From the NCBI GenBank assembly GCA_038889235.1, contig JAWAHN010000003.1:438058-470057 (forward strand): a DNA stretch of 32,000 nucleotides, in the 5' to 3' direction. Shown in pieces: positions 27,226 through 32,000 of this stretch (position 1 is its first letter; every line of letters starts with the position of its first letter). The position numbers were made by a program, and so were the translations under genes. The notes below the pieces were generated by a model, which did not search any database, was not told where the DNA came from, and saw only the letters and a list, made by a program, of their open reading frames with translations. Origin of the DNA: Candidatus Jordarchaeales archaeon. GTDB taxonomy: Archaea > Asgardarchaeota > Jordiarchaeia > Jordiarchaeales > Freyrarchaeaceae.

Positions 27226-28205
27226 AGAAGGATGTCTTCTTAGACGAAAGGCTCAGGGAGGCGATGAAGAAGATAATAGAGTATGAGGAGAGAGAAGAGG
27301 AGAGAATCGCCAAGGACGAGGTTCTCTCCAAGCTGGGTGTGAAGCCTTACTGGGACTGGCAGGACGTCGGAGTTGACTTCAACGACATAAAGAAGCTGAG
27401 GATTGCAGGGGTCGTGATGGTCATCGGTGGGAGGAGGAAGCGCTACCTACTCGTCAACCGTGAGGAGACGAAGAGGAGAATTGAGGAGATCGAAAGGTTG
27501 GAGCGTGAGGCAATAAACGCTGCAATATCCCAGCCCATCCAGGTGCCGGAAGACATGTTCGACGTGATAATCGGGTATGACGACATGAAGAAGTTCCTGA
27601 AAAAAGTGGTGACCTTAGACGAGCCGTTCCACGTGCTCTTCGTCGGTCCACCAGGCACTGCGAAAACCCTCTTCCTCATGGAGTTCGAAAGAATCCCACG
27701 GTCCAAACTCATAACGGCCGGAACGAGCACCAAGGTCGGGATAAGAGACCTACTGATCGAGGAGAGACCGAGGTTCCTCCTGATAGACGAGTTGGAGAAG
27801 ATAGGGGACCCGAACGACTTGAGCGTTCTACTGACACTGATGGAGTCTCAACGAGTCATCGTAACCAAACACGGAAGCATCACTGAGGAGAGGTTCCCAT
27901 GCTCCGTCATCGCCGCCTGCAACAGCACCAAGAAACTGCCCCAAGAACTGTTGGACAGGTTCCAGGTGTTCCGGCTGAGGAAGTATACGAGAGAAGAATA
28001 CATAGAGATAGTCAAGACCTTCCTCACGAAGAGGAGGGGTGTGAGTGAAGACGTGGCAAAGTACATCGCTGAGAAGGTTTCAGAGTACACGCTGTCCGTC
28101 AGGGAAGCTGTGAGAGTGTCAAAGGTTGCGAAAACCATTGAAGAGGTAGATAAGGTAATAAAGCTGTTTAGAACGTATTCAAACACACAGGAGGTGAGTG
28201 AATGA
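27222..28205 (+). CDS. AAA+ ATPase (RuvB-like core) with N-terminal extension
   Basis: Walker A GPPGTAKT, Walker B FLLIDELEK, sensor AACN, Arg finger LLDRF. Confidence 0.9.
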   Translation: MKKDVFLDERLREAMKKIIEYEEREEERIAKDEVLSKLGVKPYWDWQDVGVDFNDIKKLRIAGVVMVIGGRRKRYLLVNREETKRRIEEIERLEREAINAAISQPIQVPEDMFDVIIGYDDMKKFLKKVVTLDEPFHVLFVGPPGTAKTLFLMEFERIPRSKLITAGTSTKVGIRDLLIEERPRFLLIDELEKIGDPNDLSVLLTLMESQRVIVTKHGSITEERFPCSVIAACNSTKKLPQELLDRFQVFRLRKYTREEYIEIVKTFLTKRRGVSEDVAKYIAEKVSEYTLSVREAVRVSKVAKTIEEVDKVIKLFRTYSNTQEVSE

Positions 28206-28297
28206 AAGGAGAGGTCTGCGAGTAATGCATAACGATATTCTGCATCGGCGTCGTGGCCTACGCTCTGTCAACGAGCATCGAAAGCGCCTTCTACATA
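28202..28297 (+). pseudogene. Probable broken N-terminus of the next foreign gene (membrane-like), cut by the repeat
   Basis: ATG overlaps the AAA stop (ATGA) after GAGGTGA; reads MKGEVCE*CITIFCIGVVAYALSTSIESAFYI up to the repeat. Confidence 0.35.
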
Positions 28298-31200
28298 CTT
28301 TCAATCCCCATTTGTGGGGACTGTTTTTGTTTCTTTTGGGGTCCCGGCTGAGGACCCCTCGGAGGAAGACTTCTTTCAATCCCCATTTGTGGGGACTGTT
28401 TTTGTTTCTTGGACGAGTTGACAAACGTCCAGAGGGAGGACGTCTTATCTTTCAATCCCCATTTGTGGGGACTGTTTTTGTTTCATAATATACATCACGA
28501 CGGCACGGGAACCAAAGGTTTCCGCTTTCAATCCCCATTTGTGGGGACTGTTTTTGTTTCTTTTGAACCCGTCCCTCGCGAACACCCATCGGAAGACCTG
28601 ACCTTTCAATCCCCATTTGTGGGGACTGTTTTTGTTTCGAGAAGGTGGTGCTGTTACCACCTGAAAATCGAACCGCTAAACTTTCAATCCCCATTTGTGG
28701 GGACTGTTTTTGTTTCTGGGAGGCGGCCAAGGCCATAGCCGAAATGGTGGAAAACTTTCAATCCCCATTTGTGGGGACTGTTTTTGTTTCCCGTTGCCAT
28801 GGTGTTTCCTCGTGGACTAGTGAAGTGTACTTTCAATCCCCATTTGTGGGGACTGTTTTTGTTTCTCGAAATGTTGGTTCCGGAGTCAGCTTCAATCTTC
28901 ACTCTTTCAATCCCCATTTGTGGGGACTGTTTTTGTTTCACGCGGTATTTCTGAGGCAAAGCGGCAGGTGGTACATTTTCTTTCAATCCCCATTTGTGGG
29001 GACTGTTTTTGTTTCTCCACGTGTTCGGGGTTGGAAGCACGATTACAATGCACCCTTTCAATCCCCATTTGTGGGGACTGTTTTTGTTTCCCAACATCTC
29101 AAATGTGCTCGAAGACGCCGCCAAGAACCACCTTTCAATCCCCATTTGTGGGGACTGTTTTTGTTTCCCCCTAACTCCCCCATTTTATTACTTGTTTCAA
29201 GAAGCCGCTTTCAATCCCCATTTGTGGGGACTGTTTTTGTTTCGCGGAGGCAAAGCCTCGCGAAGGCGGCGAACTTCCTCTGCTTCACTTTCAATCCCCA
29301 TTTGTGGGGACTGTTTTTGTTTCTAGTCGACGAACTCGCGGAAGACGCCGCGCCTTAAGAGGTCTTTCAATCCCCATTTGTGGGGACTGTTTTTGTTTCT
29401 AAACGCAAAAGCTTCATCCACACCTCTATGCTCTCCTTTCAATCCCCATTTGTGGGGACTGTTTTTGTTTCACAAGATAGTAGTCGAGCGACCCAGCGGG
29501 ATCAAATTTACCTTTCAATCCCCATTTGTGGGGACTGTTTTTGTTTCGATTGAAAGTTCTCATCCCGCGGGGCTCTGATCCCCAGCCATGAAACTTTCAA
29601 TCCCCATTTGTGGGGACTGTTTTTGTTTCAGCAGATAAAAGAGCTTGAGAAGGCCATCAGGCAGAACTTTCAATCCCCATTTGTGGGGACTGTTTTTGTT
29701 TCCAGAGAAAGCACCGCGCTCTCCGGCCTCTTCTTCAACCCTTTCAATCCCCATTTGTGGGGACTGTTTTTGTTTCTGCAAAGTCCTCTGGCACGTCTGA
29801 AGAGATGACCTTGTTCCACTTTCAATCCCCATTTGTGGGGACTGTTTTTGTTTCGGGAGGCTGTTGAGAAGTTGAAGAAAACCATTGAAAGTGTCTTTCA
29901 ATCCCCATTTGTGGGGACTGTTTTTGTTTCTGAACGAAAAAGACTGGGCACCTATCATAATGTATCACTTAGCTTTCAATCCCCATTTGTGGGGACTGTT
30001 TTTGTTTCCTAGGACACGCTAACCCAAAACCCGAAAGCCGCCTCTGAGCTTTCAATCCCCATTTGTGGGGACTGTTTTTGTTTCAAGAGATACCGGTGTA
30101 TCCTCCGGGTATAGGCGGAATATGCTTTCAATCCCCATTTGTGGGGACTGTTTTTGTTTCCCCGGACCCGGTCACTTGCAGGACCCTGAAGCATATCTCT
30201 TTCAATCCCCATTTGTGGGGACTGTTTTTGTTTCTAGTAACTTGAACGCCGACATGGTTGACGGAAAACACTCACACTTTCAATCCCCATTTGTGGGGAC
30301 TGTTTTTGTTTCTTGCGTGTTCGAGTTCAAAACAACGCGGAAGTTCACGCTTTCAATCCCCATTTGTGGGGACTGTTTTTGTTTCAACATCGTCCGCGAG
30401 ATAATTGAAATTATTAAAGAAATCTTTCAATCCCCATTTGTGGGGACTGTTTTTGTTTCCCATCCACCTCCAGCGATAACAGTGAAAACCCTAATAACTT
30501 TCAATCCCCATTTGTGGGGACTGTTTTTGTTTCGCGCGTTCCTACACGGCTACCCGACGAGCAGGGACTTCACCTTTCAATCCCCATTTGTGGGGACTGT
30601 TTTTGTTTCCGAAATCCTCTTCCGCGGGATCTCTGCTATATTTTCCAACTTTCAATCCCCATTTGTGGGGGACTGTTTTTGTTTCATGTAAAAGTGCGGC
30701 AGATTACCGGTCCGGGGGAAAACTTTCAATCCCCATTTGTGGGGGACTGTTTTTGTTTCTTTCGGGTCCGTGATCAGAACCGAGAGGAGCGGTGTCTCTT
30801 TCAATCCCCATTTGTGGGGGACTGTTTTTGTTTCTGCTAGCAACCATTTCAAATCTAAAAGGGCTACCAACTGACTTTCAATCCCCATTTGTGGGGGACT
30901 GTTTTTGTTTCTTTAACAAACGATCTCGTGTGGGGAAGCATTCCCCACTGGGTCTTTCAATCCCCATTTGTGGGGGACTGTTTTTGTTTCAGGCTCCGAT
31001 GTCGCCGAGTATCCCGGAATAGGCGGTGGCTTTCAATCCCCATTTGTGGGGGACTGTTTTTGTTTCGAGCAAGACGTAAAAAAACAAAGGGAAGCTGATC
31101 AAGAAGCCTTTCAATCCCCATTTGTGGGGGACTGTTTTTGTTTCGATTCTCGTCTCGGCGCTGAACAAGCAGAGGGAGAAGTACACTTTCAATCCCCATT

Positions 31201-31988
31201 TGTGGGGGACTGTTTTTGTTTCCTGGAAGCTTACGAATGGAAACACAAATTCAATCCATTCACTTTCAATCCCCATTTGTGGGGGACTGTTTTTGTTTCT
31301 AAGATTTGTAGTTTTGGGAGTACGGCATATCCACCGTACCTTTCAATCCCCATTTGTGGGGGACTGTTTTTGTTTCATACTGAGGAGGATGCTTGAAAAG
31401 AGCCACGTTCCAAAGACTTTCAATCCCCATTTGTGGGGGACTGTTTTTGTTTCGTCTTGGGCTTAAACTTCTTCAGCTTTTGAATTCGCCTAACTTTCAA
31501 TCCCCATTTGTGGGGGACTGTTTTTGTTTCCGCTACTAGGTCACCGTGGCGCTCCGCGACCTCAATCCACTCTTTCAATCCCCATTTGTGGGGGACTGTT
31601 TTTGTTTCGAAAGACGCCTTTAGATGGTGGAGAAAAGGCATAATCAACTTTCAATCCCCATTTGTGGGGGACTGTTTTTGTTTCGCCCCGCAACGCCCTC
31701 TTGATTTTCTCCTTCAACTCACTGTCTTTCAATCCCCATTTGTGGGGGACTGTTTTTGTTTCTTCTAGCGTTAATCTGTGTAGCTGGCTTGGTGTCACCT
31801 TTCAATCCCCATTTGTGGGGGACTGTTTTTGTTTCATTATAGTTTGGATGTATGAAGCTGTTGCACAACAGCTTTCAATCCCCATTTGTGGGGGACTGTT
31901 TTTGTTTCCTAACGCCGGCTTCAAGCTTATCACCTGCGCTTGAACTTTTTACTTTCAATCCCCATTTGTGGGGGACTGTTTTTGTTTC
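28298..31988 (-). CRISPR. CRISPR array: 49 repeats here (31 x 36 nt, then 18 x 37 nt), spacers 36-46 nt; continues to or past the right edge
   Basis: Repeat on minus strand GAAACAAAAACAGTCCCC(C)ACAAATGGGGATTGAAAG; CCCCA-CAAA-TGGGG stem ends at the canonical 8-nt ATTGAAAG handle; degenerate repeat at left end implies the leader lies to the right. Confidence 0.99.
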
Positions 31989-32000
31989 CTAACGCCGGCT

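Larger units (their letters stand above)
25273..28297 (+). mobile_element. 3,025-bp virus/plasmid-like DNA fragment in a spacer position between two CRISPR repeats
   Basis: Bounded precisely by repeats; begins mid-polB; compact overlapping genes; sampled lines are lower in GC than host genes; no integrase, no cas1, no terminal inverted repeats. Confidence 0.85.

Noticed and set aside
25273-28297. Casposon or integrated provirus interpretation of the insert
   Set aside because: No cas1 or integrase, no terminal inverted repeats or att sites other than the CRISPR repeats, polB is truncated, and both ends fall inside genes.
30085-31029. Similarity between spacers 30085-30124 and 30991-31029 (YPPGIGG vs YPGIGG)
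   Set aside because: Short gapped match in GC-rich sequence, compatible with chance.
31223-31262. Repeat-like words in a spacer (gaaacacaaa, ttcaatcc)
   Set aside because: Matches are 8-10 nt, imperfect and in mixed orientation; normal spacer length; probably coincidence.
28179-31943. Many ORFs on both strands across the array
   Set aside because: They are translations of repeats and spacers (recurring FQSPFVG, NKNSPHKWGLK peptides), not genes.

Overview
Archaeal chromosomal window. It looks thermophilic and TACK/Asgard-like, but the lineage cannot be determined from this sequence. Left two thirds: housekeeping and energy genes (partial Fe-S oxidoreductase, archaeal PEP carboxylase, hisS, roadblock/LC7 protein, two hdrCB sets with an hdrA-mvhD fusion, tRNA splicing endonuclease subunit, HycI protease, ThpR, CCA-adding enzyme, GH57-like glycosidase, M20 peptidase, cyclase). 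It also holds a tRNA-His(GTG) gene not shown in the ORF track; this gene folds into a perfect 75-nt cloverleaf only after removal of four introns, two of them separated by a one-nucleotide exon. Right third: a CRISPR locus with a minus-strand operon (wHTH-fused, apparently catalytically dead NurA-like protein, HerA ATPase, Cas6) and an array of 50 visible repeats. The main surprise is a 3,025-bp piece of foreign-looking replication DNA (5'-truncated PolB, ERCC4/XPF nuclease, small ORF, AAA+ ATPase, broken start of a next gene) lying exactly between the last two repeats, in the position of a spacer. The repeat also switches cleanly from 36 to 37 nt mid-array, and several spacers are anomalous. 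No cas1, cas2 or effector genes and no leader are visible in the window.
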